Below, piece by piece: positions 63,177 through 64,000 of a stretch of DNA of 64,000 nt. Origin of the DNA: a virus (taxonomy: Duplodnaviria; Caudoviricetes); the IMG/VR virus record IMGVR_UViG_3300044719_000253, positions 32,001 to 96,000 of that record; one strand, written 5' to 3'. Numbering within the stretch: the first letter of the stretch is position 1; each line of letters begins with the position of its first letter. A model generated the notes under the pieces. The model saw nothing but the letters and a program-made list of their open reading frames with translations. It was not told the origin of the DNA and did no database searches. Both the position numbers and the translations under genes were made by a program.

Positions 63177-63752
63177 ATGACCAAGAAAAGTCAGGCGCGT
63201 ATGAAACGCGATGAAGTGAAAGAAGAAGCCAAGAGCCAAGGAATCGTCGGGATCTATGATCACTTGAATTCCATGTACACGAGTCAAATGCGGTTGTTCG
63301 AACAATACCGTAAGCTGATCGAGATCATCACCCATGACACCGTGGTACCGTTCTTGAAAAACATCACGCGGGTGGACACACTGCTCAAGGGATTCAATGT
63401 CGATATCGGCGATCTGCTCGACAAGACCCGCGTCACCCACAGCCTGCACACCGGCAAAACCGGGTTCGGTAACCCGGACGATGAAAACGAGTACTTCACC
63501 AACCTGCAACTCCAGCAAGACTACGTGGTCTATATGGGCGTGCACCAGCAGAACCTGCTGCCAGTGCTGTTGGAACTGCAAGAACATCTGAGTGGTGCAC
63601 TGGCCAAGATGCGATCGGTCGAAGCCGAAGCTGCAGCCACCACGCAAGCGCTCGACCAGCAACCGCTGATGCAGGCGCCCGTGGAAGCGGCAGCGGCCGA
63701 ACCTGCGGTTACGGGAAATCCGTACGAACAACCTGCTATCGATACCAAATAA
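63177..63752 (+). CDS. conserved hypothetical protein (helical)
   Basis: Start trimmed to MTKKSQ after an AT-rich divergent intergenic region. Confidence 0.7.
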   Translation: MTKKSQARMKRDEVKEEAKSQGIVGIYDHLNSMYTSQMRLFEQYRKLIEIITHDTVVPFLKNITRVDTLLKGFNVDIGDLLDKTRVTHSLHTGKTGFGNPDDENEYFTNLQLQQDYVVYMGVHQQNLLPVLLELQEHLSGALAKMRSVEAEAAATTQALDQQPLMQAPVEAAAAEPAVTGNPYEQPAIDTK

Positions 63753-63755
63753 ATC

Positions 63756-64000
63756 ATGACCGACCTCACCAATGTCCCGCCGCCGGGCGGGATTGAACAA
63801 CTCGATGAAGTCGCTGGCAGTACATCGTTAACTGACAGTACGCCGGCCCCGGTGGCGGACACCGAGACCTCGGCCGCGCTGGGCACTGAGCCGGTTCCTA
63901 CCGAACCAACACCGGTGACGGCGCCGGAAACCGCAGACACACCCGATGAAGCCTTCAAATGGCCGGCGCCGGACGCTCTCAACAACGCCACCACCGAGAC
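63756..64000 (+). CDS. protein with acidic Pro/Thr-rich N-terminus, truncated by the window end
   Basis: MTDLTNVPPPGGIEQLDE... open to the window edge. Confidence 0.55.
   Translation, partial: MTDLTNVPPPGGIEQLDEVAGSTSLTDSTPAPVADTETSAALGTEPVPTEPTPVTAPETADTPDEAFKWPAPDALNNATTE

Noticed and set aside
1-64000. tRNA, rRNA, integrase, IS or intron
   Set aside because: No cloverleaf, rRNA-like tract, recombinase motifs, terminal inverted repeats or interrupted conserved genes were noticed by eye.

Overview
This window is a 64-kb segment of a phiKZ-like (Chimalliviridae-type) jumbo phage genome. The NrdB-like protein resembles the betaproteobacterial type, which hints at a betaproteobacterial host (inference). 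Positions 1-20.9 kb form a minus-strand accessory/metabolic region: AAA ATPase, DHFR, DUF488-NADAR fusion, two RMF-like microproteins, lipoprotein, NadV plus NadM-Nudix, an NrdB-like protein, ThyA, MazG-like protein, Tmk and many small ORFs. Positions 21-38 kb carry tail fibre/tailspike genes. Positions 38-64 kb carry the conserved phiKZ-like virion block: internal head proteins, baseplate-like proteins, the exonuclease half of a split PolB and a virion RNAP beta-prime subunit. No tRNA, rRNA, CRISPR array or mobile element was seen. The most striking observation is an intact RNR beta-subunit homolog that has lost five of six metal ligands and the radical-relay tail residues but keeps the terminal LxWE motif, consistent with a pseudo-enzyme or mimic. 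All family assignments come from motif recognition by eye; no searches were run.
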